NCBI GenBank assembly: GCA_938041455.1
Contig: CALITO010000021.1
Location: 11,909 to 75,908, forward strand
Origin: an uncultured bacterium
GTDB taxonomy: Bacteria; Armatimonadota; JACIXR01
Length of the DNA: 64,000 nt
Reading direction: 5' to 3'
The translations under genes were made by a program, and so were the position numbers. The notes below the pieces were generated by a model, which saw nothing but the letters and a program-made list of their open reading frames with translations, did not search any database and was not told the DNA's origin. Positions 24,983 to 36,856 of this stretch are shown here, piece by piece; within the stretch, counting starts at the first letter, position 1; each line of letters starts with the position of its first letter.

Positions 24983-25817
24983 GCCTGCGAAGATTCCCTT
25001 TATATCGGCGAGGAAATGGGAGGAAAGGGAGGCGAATATAGGGGATTGCAAAATCATCTGTGGCATCCCTTATGAGAAAACCGAGAGCTTTCGGGGTGGT
25101 GCGGGATTAGCCCCCTCAATAATAAGGGAATTTTCTCATAGTTTGGAATCCTACAGCATAATATCGGGCAGGGATTTGGGAGATATAAACATCTTTGATG
25201 TGGGAGACCTGGACGTTTCCCATTTACAACCCGAAGAAATGGTAAGGGAAGTTGAGGCTCTTGTGGGAAGCTTTCCCTTTGCTTTCCCCATCCTTTTTGG
25301 AGGAGAGCATACCATTACTCTCGGGGCTATAAGAGCTTTGGCAAAGCGTTTTTCCCCCCTTTATGTAATCTCCTTAGACGCTCACCCGGATTTTCGTTCC
25401 TCATATGAGGGAAAGACAATTTGCCACGCCACGGTGATGAAGCGGGTTTCAGAAATAGTGGGTAAAGAGCGATTGCTCTTTCTGGGCTTAAGAACAGCTA
25501 CATCTGAGGAGTGGCAGGAACTGAAAAGCTGTTATATTGTATCTCCGCAACCCATAACTTTCCCATCCGAATTGAAGGATAAACCACTCTATATTTCTTT
25601 GGATATAGATGTGCTTGACCCAAGCTGTGCCCCTGGGACGGGAAATCCTGAACCCGGGGGATGGAGTTTTGAGGAGCTACTAAGCTTTCTCCTCTCTCTG
25701 AAGGGTTATAATGTGGTTGGGTTGGATATAGCAGAGGTTTCCCCTCCCTTAGACCCAAGTGGTATAACCTCCGTTTCCGCTGCCAAGATCGCAAGGGAAA
25801 CCCTTCTTTTATTTTAA
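24972..25817 (+). CDS. speB: Agmatinase / aminopropylagmatine ureohydrolase (arginase family) SpeB
   Basis: The Mn-binding motifs GGEHTITLG, SLDAHPDF and SLDIDVLDP are present. The conserved N-terminus begins at ANIGDCKIICGIPYE. A TTG at 24972 sits 9-10 nt downstream of the AAGGGGG RBS and gives ~281 aa. The ORF-track ATG at 24828 would overlap speE by 155 nt and is probably artefactual. Confidence 0.8.
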   Translation: MPLKPAKIPFISARKWEEREANIGDCKIICGIPYEKTESFRGGAGLAPSIIREFSHSLESYSIISGRDLGDINIFDVGDLDVSHLQPEEMVREVEALVGSFPFAFPILFGGEHTITLGAIRALAKRFSPLYVISLDAHPDFRSSYEGKTICHATVMKRVSEIVGKERLLFLGLRTATSEEWQELKSCYIVSPQPITFPSELKDKPLYISLDIDVLDPSCAPGTGNPEPGGWSFEELLSFLLSLKGYNVVGLDIAEVSPPLDPSGITSVSAAKIARETLLLF

Positions 25818-26890
25818 GAGGGATGGAGAGAAGCGGCAGTTTGAGAATCCAACTTCTTCAGGACAGCAATGAGGAGGTTCTTTGTATTCTCAAAATCCTC
25901 AGCGCTGAGGATTCCTATAGGGGAATGGATATGGCGTGTAGCCACACCTATAACTATGCTCGGCACCCCCTCAGCATATAGGTGTATTCTCCCCGCATCA
26001 GTAGCTCCCCCCTCCATAATCTCTACTTGATATTTCATTCCTAATTCTTTAGCGGTGTCCATAAACAGGTCGCGGAGCCTTAGATTTGGGATAAGGGAAA
26101 CATCGAAAAGGCAGATAACCGGACCTTCCCCCAATTTAGCTTGGGCCTCTTCTGGATTAACTCCGGGGATATCGCCGGCAATGGCAACCTCCAGAGCTAT
26201 TGCTACATCTGGTTTTACTAAGTGGGCAGAAGTTTGGGCACCTCGTAGGCCTACTTCCTCCTGCACGGTCGCAGTTGCGTATATCGTGTTGGGGTGGTCA
26301 TCTCCTATCTCTTCCAGAATCTTAACCATGAGGGCGCAACCCACTCGATCATCAAATCCTTTGCCCATATAGGCTTTTCCCCCCGCTATTTCTTCAAATG
26401 GACCATAAGGAACTATGGGGTCTCCTATCCTTATGCCTAAATTCGCGACCTCTTCTTCACTCTTGACCCCTACATCTATGAACATCTCCTTTCTCTCCAC
26501 AAGCTTTTTCCTCTCCTCAGAAGGGATAATATGGGGTGGTTTACAACCTATTACACCTAACACATCTCCTCGCCTTGTTTTAATTATCACCCTCTGTCCG
26601 AGGATAAGCTGGTCCATCCAACCCCCCAAGGGGGTGAATCTCAAAAAACCTTCCTTAGTTATATAGCGAACCATAAATCCTATCTCGTCCATATGTGCAG
26701 CGAGCATAACCCTTGGTTGGTCATTCTTCCCACGCTTTATGCCCACTAAGGTGCCGAGTTTGTCCATCTCCAATTCATCCACATATCCCTCCATCAATTC
26801 TCTCATTAGAGAGCGGACACTATCTTCAAATCCCGAGGGTCCATCCACATTGCAAAGCCTCCCGAGCAATTCCTTACTTCCCCTTGGCAT
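25814..26890 (-). CDS. M42-family (TET/FrvX-like) aminopeptidase
   Basis: 358 aa. The N-terminus LLGRLCNVDGPSGFEDSVR and the motifs MDEIGFMV and GKGFDDRVGCA show the M42 metal-binding signature. Confidence 0.8.
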   Translation of the reverse strand: MPRGSKELLGRLCNVDGPSGFEDSVRSLMRELMEGYVDELEMDKLGTLVGIKRGKNDQPRVMLAAHMDEIGFMVRYITKEGFLRFTPLGGWMDQLILGQRVIIKTRRGDVLGVIGCKPPHIIPSEERKKLVERKEMFIDVGVKSEEEVANLGIRIGDPIVPYGPFEEIAGGKAYMGKGFDDRVGCALMVKILEEIGDDHPNTIYATATVQEEVGLRGAQTSAHLVKPDVAIALEVAIAGDIPGVNPEEAQAKLGEGPVICLFDVSLIPNLRLRDLFMDTAKELGMKYQVEIMEGGATDAGRIHLYAEGVPSIVIGVATRHIHSPIGILSAEDFENTKNLLIAVLKKLDSQTAASLHPS

Positions 26891-27082
26891 TTATAGTTGC
26901 CCTCCTTTCCAAGGAAAATTTTTAAAAATTTTAAACGCCCAAAGGTAAATTCGCAAGAAATTTGAGGAGAAAACTGTTACACTCTTTTAAACATTATTAT
27001 GGAGGAATGAAAAATATCCCTTTCTGGGAGAAGAAAGCGAGCTCCCTGTTTGCGAAAAATTTCTTAAAAAATTTAAAAAATA

Positions 27083-27111
27083 TTGACGAAGACAACTTCT
27101 TCTGTTATCTT
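27083..27111 (+). promoter_or_regulatory. Extended -10 sigma70-like promoter (-35 TTGACG, 17-nt spacer, TGtTATCTT) for the NlpC/P60 gene
   Basis: Read directly from the sequence. The RBS GAAGGAGG lies before the GTG at 27139. Confidence 0.4.
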
Positions 27112-27138
27112 AAATGAAAACTATGAAGGAGGTATGTT

Positions 27139-28314
27139 GTGCGTAGCATATGGCTCGTAGCAACAGTTGTTGCGATATCCGCGATAGGAAGTAGTTTAAT
27201 TTTTTTAAAAAGGCACACTCCAACTAAAATAATTTCTCAAGAGGAACCCTTCACCCAACAGCAAGAGCGGGAGATACCCAGAGAAACGGTTTATGTTGTA
27301 AAAGAAGGGGATTCCCTTTGGAGTATAGCTCGCAAATTCGGAGTTTCTCTCCGTGCAATAGCCGAGTTAAACAACATAAGCATTGATAAGATACTGCAAA
27401 TAGGGGATAGACTCCGCATTCCTGCTGAGCTCCCACACAGCTCCTCCAGCCGAAAGGCAGAAGAGCAGGTGAAGCAGATTCCTACGGGAGGGCAGGTTTA
27501 CCAAGTAAGAAGGGGTGATTCTCTCTGGACAATCTCCAGAAAGTTCGAGATAAAGGTGGAGGATATAGCAAGGGTTAATAACATAAGTCTTGACAAACCG
27601 CTTCAAATCGGTGACAAGTTGCTGATTCCAGGAAGCGGGAATAGACAGGTTGCCCAACCCCAGACACCTCACAAAGGGGCAAATAGATTAAAGGTCGTCA
27701 GGGAAGGAGTGCTTGTAAGGAAAGGTCCGGGGACTGTGTATCCTCCCCTGGCTAAATTGAGCAAGGGAAGAGAAATTATATCTCTTGGACAGCAAGGGGA
27801 TTGGCAGAAAGTTTCTCTATCCGAGGGGAAAATAGGTTGGATTAGACGGGATATGCTGGGCTTTACCTTGGCTAAGAAATCCTCAGCGTCGTCTTCTAAA
27901 AACAATTCTTCCTCACGCAGTTCTTCCCCCAAAGGCGGTAGCGGTTCGACCAGCGTAGTCAAAACAGCGCTTTCCTACCAAGGGACGAGGTATGCTTATG
28001 GAGGGTTATCTTCCCGTGGTTTTGATTGCTCAGGTTTCGTTAAATACATTTACCAAAAGCACGGAATCAATCTTCCTCATAACTCCAAAGCCCAGTTCGA
28101 ATATGGCAAACCTGTTAGCGAAAACGAGCTCCAGCCAGGGGACCTCGTCTTTTTCAGGACGAGGAGGAGCAGGGGGATAAACCATGTAGGCATATATATA
28201 GGAAATGGCAAATTCGTCCATGCCTCCTCAGCCAGGGGCAGGGTCAAGATAGATAGCCTTAACGAGGGTTATTATAAGGACCGTTATATGGGGGCAAGAA
28301 GGGTCAAATTTTAG
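27139..28314 (+). CDS. Cell-wall hydrolase with an N-terminal membrane anchor, 2 LysM domains, an SH3b-like domain and a C-terminal NlpC/P60 peptidase
   Basis: The two LysM domains read YVVKEGDSLWSIARKFGVSLRAIAELNNI and YQVRRGDSLWTISRKFEIKVEDIARVNNI. The NlpC/P60 catalytic Cys lies in YAYGGLSSRGFDCSGFVKYIY and the catalytic His in HVGIYIGNGKFVHA. Confidence 0.85.
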   Translation: MRSIWLVATVVAISAIGSSLIFLKRHTPTKIISQEEPFTQQQEREIPRETVYVVKEGDSLWSIARKFGVSLRAIAELNNISIDKILQIGDRLRIPAELPHSSSSRKAEEQVKQIPTGGQVYQVRRGDSLWTISRKFEIKVEDIARVNNISLDKPLQIGDKLLIPGSGNRQVAQPQTPHKGANRLKVVREGVLVRKGPGTVYPPLAKLSKGREIISLGQQGDWQKVSLSEGKIGWIRRDMLGFTLAKKSSASSSKNNSSSRSSSPKGGSGSTSVVKTALSYQGTRYAYGGLSSRGFDCSGFVKYIYQKHGINLPHNSKAQFEYGKPVSENELQPGDLVFFRTRRSRGINHVGIYIGNGKFVHASSARGRVKIDSLNEGYYKDRYMGARRVKF

Positions 28315-28419
28315 CCCTGGTTGGCTTACTCACACTCCACTTTGCTTTAGGGACGACGGTGCTCCTCATCTGTTGACGGATTCATAATCTTCCTTTATTC
28401 TTATAAACGGGAATGAGGA

Positions 28420-29706
28420 ATGAGAAAATATACTATTTTATTATCGTTCATTCTATTAGGGTGTTTAGCTCTCCCGCAGGCGCCTATTTATCTCCTTAAG
28501 GTGGAGGGGGCGATAACCCCTGCTGTTAGTAGGTATATCACGAGGGTGATAAATGAAGCAATAGTAGATGGCGCACAGGCGGTGATAATGGAGATGGATA
28601 CCCCGGGTGGACTTGACAAGAGTATGAGAGATATCGTCCAAAAGGAATTGTCCGCTCCCATTCCCATCATCGCTTATGTTTCCCCTCCCGGGGCAAGGGC
28701 TGCTTCTGCAGGAGCCTACATAACTATAGCTGCTGATGTCGCCGTGATGGCACCGGGGACGAACATTGGTGCTGCTACTCCCGTTCAGCTCGGCGGGGTA
28801 CCGGAAGGGGGAACCAGCACGACTATGGAAAGGAAAATCGTCAGCGACGCGGCTGCTTTTATGAAATCTCTTGCCCAAAGGAAAGGAAGAAATGTCCAAT
28901 GGGCGGAGGAAGCGGTCACCAAAGCCCGTTCATCCTTCTCTGAGGAGGCATTAAGGTTGGGAGTTATAGACTTCATAGCTAATGACTTGCAGGACCTCCT
29001 CAACAAGTTGGACGGAAGACAGATCAAAAAGAATGGGGAGACTTACATCCTCCACACAAAGGGCGTGCCTATTTCCCGGCAAGAGATGAACTGGAGGGAG
29101 CGCTTCTTGCAACTTCTCTCGGACCCCAATCTCGCTTACTTACTCCTGATTTTGGCAACCTATGGAATCATCTTTGAACTTAGCAATCCCGGGGCTATTC
29201 TGCCAGGGATTGTGGGGGCAGTAGCCCTTGTCCTTGCCCTCTATTCACTTGCTATTCTTCCTGTTAATTGGGCAGGGTTAGCCCTTATGGCTTTAGGCAT
29301 AGGGTTCCTAATCGCTGAGGTAAAGGCGCCAACTCACGGGCTTTTAGGAGTTGCAGGGGGAATTTCCTTCCTCATAGGTTCAATAATGCTGTTTGAGGAT
29401 GTAAAATATCAGAGAATTTCCCTTAGTTTGATATCCTCTATGAGCATTCTTACCACCCTCTTCTTCCTCTTCGTTATAACGGCGGGTATAAAAGCCCAGT
29501 TCAGGGCAAAGGCGGTGGGAAGGGAGGCGCTTCTCGGCAAGATTGCGGAGGCAAGAAGCGACCTCAATCCCACGGGGCTTGTCTTTTTGGATGGAGAACT
29601 TTGGAAAGCCGAGAGCAGAGAGGGGTTTATAGAGAAAGGAAGCAAGGTGAAAGTTATAGCTATGAAGGGCTTAACCCTTCAAGTAGAGAAAGAAAAGGAG
29701 GTGTAA
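28420..29706 (+). CDS. NfeD-family membrane-bound ClpP-class serine protease
   Basis: A ClpP-like domain ([14 protein letters not shown]) is followed by multiple TM helices and a C-terminal OB-fold beta domain. It is paired with the downstream SPFH gene. Confidence 0.8.
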   Translation: MRKYTILLSFILLGCLALPQAPIYLLKVEGAITPAVSRYITRVINEAIVDGAQAVIMEMDTPGGLDKSMRDIVQKELSAPIPIIAYVSPPGARAASAGAYITIAADVAVMAPGTNIGAATPVQLGGVPEGGTSTTMERKIVSDAAAFMKSLAQRKGRNVQWAEEAVTKARSSFSEEALRLGVIDFIANDLQDLLNKLDGRQIKKNGETYILHTKGVPISRQEMNWRERFLQLLSDPNLAYLLLILATYGIIFELSNPGAILPGIVGAVALVLALYSLAILPVNWAGLALMALGIGFLIAEVKAPTHGLLGVAGGISFLIGSIMLFEDVKYQRISLSLISSMSILTTLFFLFVITAGIKAQFRAKAVGREALLGKIAEARSDLNPTGLVFLDGELWKAESREGFIEKGSKVKVIAMKGLTLQVEKEKEV

Positions 29707-29710
29707 AAAT

Positions 29711-32310
<2,600 letters not shown>

Positions 32311-32325
32311 GATCAAAAGGTTCTT

Positions 32326-34500
32326 TTGAATATGAAGACTTTGTGGTTTGTCCTTACTATTGTGGCGTGTGCTTTCCCTCTTGTATTAACTCGTGAGGGG
32401 AGAGATGAGCTTCTGCCAGTTTTGGGGAGAAGGTGTGCCCTTCTCGCGAGGGAAAACGGACAATTTGAGGTTTGGATTTACCCTTTCAAGGCTTTTTATA
32501 ATGGGGAAATTTCCTTCCTGAAAGATGATAGGGAAATTCCTTTTCACCAGATTCGGCGAAAAATTCTTGTTTCTCCTGCCGTTTCCTCAATAATCCTCAG
32601 TGGCGAAGTTGAAGGAAGGATAGACCTACTCTGTTCCCACAAGGAACCACTCTGTCTTCTTCAATTTAATATACAAAGGGATACAGCGCGAAAGCTCCTC
32701 ATAACCTTTGAACCTTCCCTCCAACTGATGTGGCCTGCCTCCACTGAGGGAGAGGTGCGATGGCGTAGGGAAACCCCTAATAAGTTGATTTTTTCACTTC
32801 AGACAAAGGGAAAAGAACTCCAATGCGTTCTCACTTCTAATAAACCTTTAAAATTTAGCGAAGGAAAACTGGAAGTAGATGTGGATGATGGGGGTGTGAG
32901 TATCGCTCTCAGCGGAGGGGTTGATAACCTGGGAGAAGCGCAGTCGCTAATTGGGCGATATCTGGAGAATTATGGTAGATTATTGAAGGAGAATGAAGCG
33001 GTTTACAAGGATTTCTTCAACAAGACAACGGAATTGAAGAGCTCCAATGCTTTATTAAATGAGGCCTTCAACTGGGCTAAGGTCGGCTTGGAGAAATGTT
33101 TTGTGGAAACCTCTTTGGGGAAAGGGTTTGTCGCTGGCTACCATATGGCAGGTCAGGGAAATCGTCCAGGCTTCGCCTGGTTCTTCGGTAGAGACTCCGC
33201 CTGGATGAGTTTTGCTGCACTAAGCATAGGTAGTTTCTCCCAGGTTAAGGAAAACCTAATGTTGCAGAAAAGATATCAAATTAAAGAAGGGGTTAACAAG
33301 GGCAAGATTTATCATGAACTGTCTTTGGCTCACGATTTTGTTCCAGATCCTTCTTATGCCTATCCAGCGGGGGATTCCACGCCCTTTTATGTGATAGTAT
33401 GCGCTGAGTATGCCAAGTGGTCAGGGGATTTGGCTTTCTTGAAGGAGAATTGGGAAAGTATTTTGGAAGCTATGACATGGTGTGAGAGGATGGATGTAGA
33501 TGGGGACCTTTTAATAGACAATCCCCCCGCAGGACATCAGTGGTTTGATTATGGGGAGAAGAATATGATAGACCTCGTAGCTATATGGCAAAAAGCTTTA
33601 GAAGAGGGCGCCTGGATAGCAGAAATCTTGGGGAAAGAGAATTTAAAAGCGAGGTGGAAAGAGAAGGCGAAGAAGGTGAAGGAGATATTGAACCAAGATT
33701 TTTGGAACGAGAAAAGGGGCTATTTCTACGATAGAAAGCTTCCCGATGGCTCTCTTTTAGACCTCGCCACCTGCAATCCCCTCATACCTATGCTTTGGCG
33801 CCAGATTGAAGAGGGGAAAGCGCAAAAAGCGCTTTCCCTCCTAAATTCTCCTTCGTTTACCACTGATTGGGGGGTTAGAACAACCGCCGAAGGAGAAAAG
33901 ATTTACAATCCCCGGGGATATCACGAGGGGAGGGTTTGGCCCCTTGTAACCGGCTGGGCGTCCTGGGCGCAATTCATTAATTGTCATCCGGAGGAAGGCT
34001 ATAAGGCGCTCTTAAGCAATGCTAAAATGACTAGGGACTTCTGTCTCGGTTATATTCCGGAGATTTTAGATGGGGATAGTTATGTGGCCGCAGGCCCCCC
34101 TCTACAAGGTTGGTCTGAGGCTATGGTCATTCTGCCCTTCACAAAGGGCATGTTGGGTTTAGAGCCAAACGCTTTGGAGAAAAAACTTAAATTGCTCCTG
34201 CATATTCCTAAGGATATGGACTTTTTAAAGGTAAATAATCTCAGGATAGGTGAAAGTCGGTGGGACATAGAATGGAGGAAAGTAAGGGATCAGGCAACGC
34301 TCAGCCTCAATAAAAAAGGAGGGGGTGAGTTTTCGCTTAATCTGGAGATCGCCCTAGAAGAATTTAGTGGAGCTCGGGCCCTGGTAGACGGTCAAAGAGC
34401 AGGGCTAAGAAAGTTCGTAAAGCCTTGCGGATATCATACCTCTTTAACCACCCCTTTCAAGGAAAAAGCAGTTATAAGTATCTATTATTCAGCCAAATGA
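32326..34500 (+). CDS. Secreted (alpha/alpha)6-barrel glycoside hydrolase, amylo-alpha-1,6-glucosidase / GDE_C (GH63/GH133-like) family
   Basis: 724 aa with a signal peptide. FVAGYHMAGQGNRPGFAWFFGRDSAWMSFAAL and GYHEGRVWPLVTGW are typical of the glycogen-debranching C-terminal-domain-like family. Confidence 0.55.
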   Translation: MNMKTLWFVLTIVACAFPLVLTREGRDELLPVLGRRCALLARENGQFEVWIYPFKAFYNGEISFLKDDREIPFHQIRRKILVSPAVSSIILSGEVEGRIDLLCSHKEPLCLLQFNIQRDTARKLLITFEPSLQLMWPASTEGEVRWRRETPNKLIFSLQTKGKELQCVLTSNKPLKFSEGKLEVDVDDGGVSIALSGGVDNLGEAQSLIGRYLENYGRLLKENEAVYKDFFNKTTELKSSNALLNEAFNWAKVGLEKCFVETSLGKGFVAGYHMAGQGNRPGFAWFFGRDSAWMSFAALSIGSFSQVKENLMLQKRYQIKEGVNKGKIYHELSLAHDFVPDPSYAYPAGDSTPFYVIVCAEYAKWSGDLAFLKENWESILEAMTWCERMDVDGDLLIDNPPAGHQWFDYGEKNMIDLVAIWQKALEEGAWIAEILGKENLKARWKEKAKKVKEILNQDFWNEKRGYFYDRKLPDGSLLDLATCNPLIPMLWRQIEEGKAQKALSLLNSPSFTTDWGVRTTAEGEKIYNPRGYHEGRVWPLVTGWASWAQFINCHPEEGYKALLSNAKMTRDFCLGYIPEILDGDSYVAAGPPLQGWSEAMVILPFTKGMLGLEPNALEKKLKLLLHIPKDMDFLKVNNLRIGESRWDIEWRKVRDQATLSLNKKGGGEFSLNLEIALEEFSGARALVDGQRAGLRKFVKPCGYHTSLTTPFKEKAVISIYYSAK

Positions 34501-34513
34501 TGAGAGCGTAGAA

Positions 34514-36448
34514 CTATGGGGTTCCTGGGTTGTAGGCGAAGCCGTGGAAGCCCAAGAGTGCTTGGAGTATAGCCCAAAACCCATTCCCTATTACCTCGCC
34601 CATAATCAACCCCAAGAAAAAAGGGAGAGCTTTTCTGTAAGCCTTAAGTCCGCCAATCCTCAAGGCAGACACCTTGCACAACCAACCTAAAAAGAAGGAG
34701 AACCAGAGGTAATTCATAGTGAGGGTGTTTGCTGCTGCATAGCCGAGGGGATGGAAAGGCCAGAAGGCAAAGCGGAGGCGCATAAAACCGAGAAAGATAG
34801 TGAAGACCATCCCTATCACTGTATAGCCAAAGCGTTGGGGATCGGGTTGAGAAGAAACATTTAACCAGGAGGCGAGTTCTCGGAAGGCCCAGACCCCGCT
34901 TTCCACGCGCCATCTATCAGCCTTTGCCGAGCCTGCCCCGTTGAGGTAGTAGAGATGGAGGGTAGTGGGCACTGCTACCGCTACACAGGCCATTATGGCC
35001 AGCCACACTCCCAATGTTAAAAGCCAGCCTTTCTTTGCCACAGGGTCGCTGAATTTAACTGCTTCTAACTCGGAGGGCATAATATAGCCCCTGCCGTCTA
35101 CTCCCAAAAACTTCAAAGAGGAAAGGATTGTTAAATTTTTCTCGCCTAAACCTTCTACACCCAAAGCAGAAACAGCGATGTTGCTTGGATGGTCAGGGAC
35201 ATGGATCCAGGTAAGTCCCCCCTCTGCTCTCATCCTCGAAAGGACAAGGGAGAATATAAGGAAGATGAGGATAAAGAATAAGGAATACAGGAGGGAAAGC
35301 CCCACCCTTTTAAGCCAAAATAAAAGGATTAAGAGCGATAGAAGAGCTCCAATCAGGGTGGATTTATATGAGAGTGGTTCGGATGAATCGTCCATTTCCT
35401 TTTTACCCAATGCTTTTAGCAAAATATCCCTCAAATGTCCTCTGGCGGTCCAAATCATTAACCCGAAAAGGGCAAGGAACGCGCCGAGGGATTGTTCCTC
35501 CAGCCCGGGAAAGTGAGCCCAGAACCCACTCTCCCTACCCGCGCCGAAGCCCATAGCGGAGCCGAAAACTAACTCCACTTTACCTAAAAGGTAGAAAAAC
35601 CAGCAACTGAAAGCTACTTCAGCGGAGACAAGATAGGCAAGACCCAAAATAGAAGGATAGAGACTCAGTTCAAGCCATTGCATAGCGTTCCAAGGTGGTT
35701 GGGGGAAGAAACGCATCAAATTGTTATGAAGTAGCACTAAAGGGGGGATAGACGGTCTTATATGATATATTCCATAGGATATTTGGGAGAGTAATGCCAG
35801 ACCCATTCCGGTTAAAGTCAAGGGATGCCTTAGGAAAGAGTTGAAGAAATGTCCTTTTTCCGGCTCCCGGAGCATCTCCAAAGGAACGATTACCAGGGGA
35901 AAGGTAAGTTTTTCCCCTTCCACCCACTGTTTACGAAAAATCACTCCTACACACCAGAAGAAAAAATAAAGGGCTAGGCAGAAGATGAGCCAGTTTGCCA
36001 AGGGAAAAACCCAATGACGCCAGGGTATCCTCCCTCCCCCGTCGAAGAACAATCTAATTGCCTCCTCCTCTTGTAAGTATAGATATTGAGGAAGGTAAGG
36101 GAGGAATTTATTCCAATGTAGTTCTATTTGGGAGAAGTATTTTAAATCCCCAATGCTCGGTATAAGGAATTGGACGAGTCCGAAGGAGGAGAAGGGAGCA
36201 GAGACCATTCCCATCACATAGATTGCTATAAGTTCTCCTGAGGAGAGGGCTTTGTGCGGAAGATATTTCCTAATAACGCTATTGATAATAATGATTAAAA
36301 ATAGGATGAACATTACCCCTATGGGTGGTGGGGGAATAGCATAATCACAAGTCCAGTTGAAGACTTCTACGAAGGGACAAAGATAGCCTACGAGAGCGGA
36401 GAGGAGGACACCTAGGAGGAGGGAACGGAAGGTTAACCGAAACCCCAT
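34514..36448 (-). CDS. Large polytopic integral membrane protein (644 aa, >12 predicted TM helices), function unknown
   Basis: Hydrophobic segments are spaced throughout, and there is no recognisable transporter signature. Confidence 0.5.
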   Translation of the reverse strand: MGFRLTFRSLLLGVLLSALVGYLCPFVEVFNWTCDYAIPPPPIGVMFILFLIIIINSVIRKYLPHKALSSGELIAIYVMGMVSAPFSSFGLVQFLIPSIGDLKYFSQIELHWNKFLPYLPQYLYLQEEEAIRLFFDGGGRIPWRHWVFPLANWLIFCLALYFFFWCVGVIFRKQWVEGEKLTFPLVIVPLEMLREPEKGHFFNSFLRHPLTLTGMGLALLSQISYGIYHIRPSIPPLVLLHNNLMRFFPQPPWNAMQWLELSLYPSILGLAYLVSAEVAFSCWFFYLLGKVELVFGSAMGFGAGRESGFWAHFPGLEEQSLGAFLALFGLMIWTARGHLRDILLKALGKKEMDDSSEPLSYKSTLIGALLSLLILLFWLKRVGLSLLYSLFFILIFLIFSLVLSRMRAEGGLTWIHVPDHPSNIAVSALGVEGLGEKNLTILSSLKFLGVDGRGYIMPSELEAVKFSDPVAKKGWLLTLGVWLAIMACVAVAVPTTLHLYYLNGAGSAKADRWRVESGVWAFRELASWLNVSSQPDPQRFGYTVIGMVFTIFLGFMRLRFAFWPFHPLGYAAANTLTMNYLWFSFFLGWLCKVSALRIGGLKAYRKALPFFLGLIMGEVIGNGFWAILQALLGFHGFAYNPGTP

Positions 36449-36454
36449 CCTCTT

Positions 36455-36856
36455 TTATCTCTCCAGTTTTTTTAGGAGTTCCCTTATATCTTTCCTTTCA
36501 GGCTCTAACTCCAGAAACCTTTTAAGATAGCCCTTTGCCTCCTCCCACAGTTTGTGTTTAAGGCAGAGTTTACTCAAGAGAAGCAAGGCATCGGCGAACT
36601 CGGGGTCTATTGCTAATACATTCCGCAACTGGGCCATCGCTATCTCATCTTCCCCCTTCATACTGAAAGCTAACGCCAGATTGTAATATATGTCGGGATT
36701 TTTGGGATTGTCTTCCAGTTTCCGTCTAAAATCGTCTATCATCCTGTCAAGGCTTTCCAATCTCCTTTCTTCCTTGGGGGGCTTTAGCCTTGTCCCACAA
36801 TTTGAACAGAAATTATCCTCTTCCCTACATTCTTTGCCACAAACTGGGCACTTCAA
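36455..36856 (-). CDS. Zinc-ribbon plus TPR-repeat protein
   Basis: The N-terminal zinc ribbon reads CPVCGKEC...CSNCG, followed by TPR-like helices. Confidence 0.55.
   Translation of the reverse strand: MKCPVCGKECREEDNFCSNCGTRLKPPKEERRLESLDRMIDDFRRKLEDNPKNPDIYYNLALAFSMKGEDEIAMAQLRNVLAIDPEFADALLLLSKLCLKHKLWEEAKGYLKRFLELEPERKDIRELLKKLER

Noticed and set aside
27007-27117. 36-codon ORF in the AT-rich intergenic region
   Set aside because: The GGAGG is only 1 nt from its ATG, the ORF overlaps the mapped promoter elements, and it is low complexity and Lys/Asn-rich.
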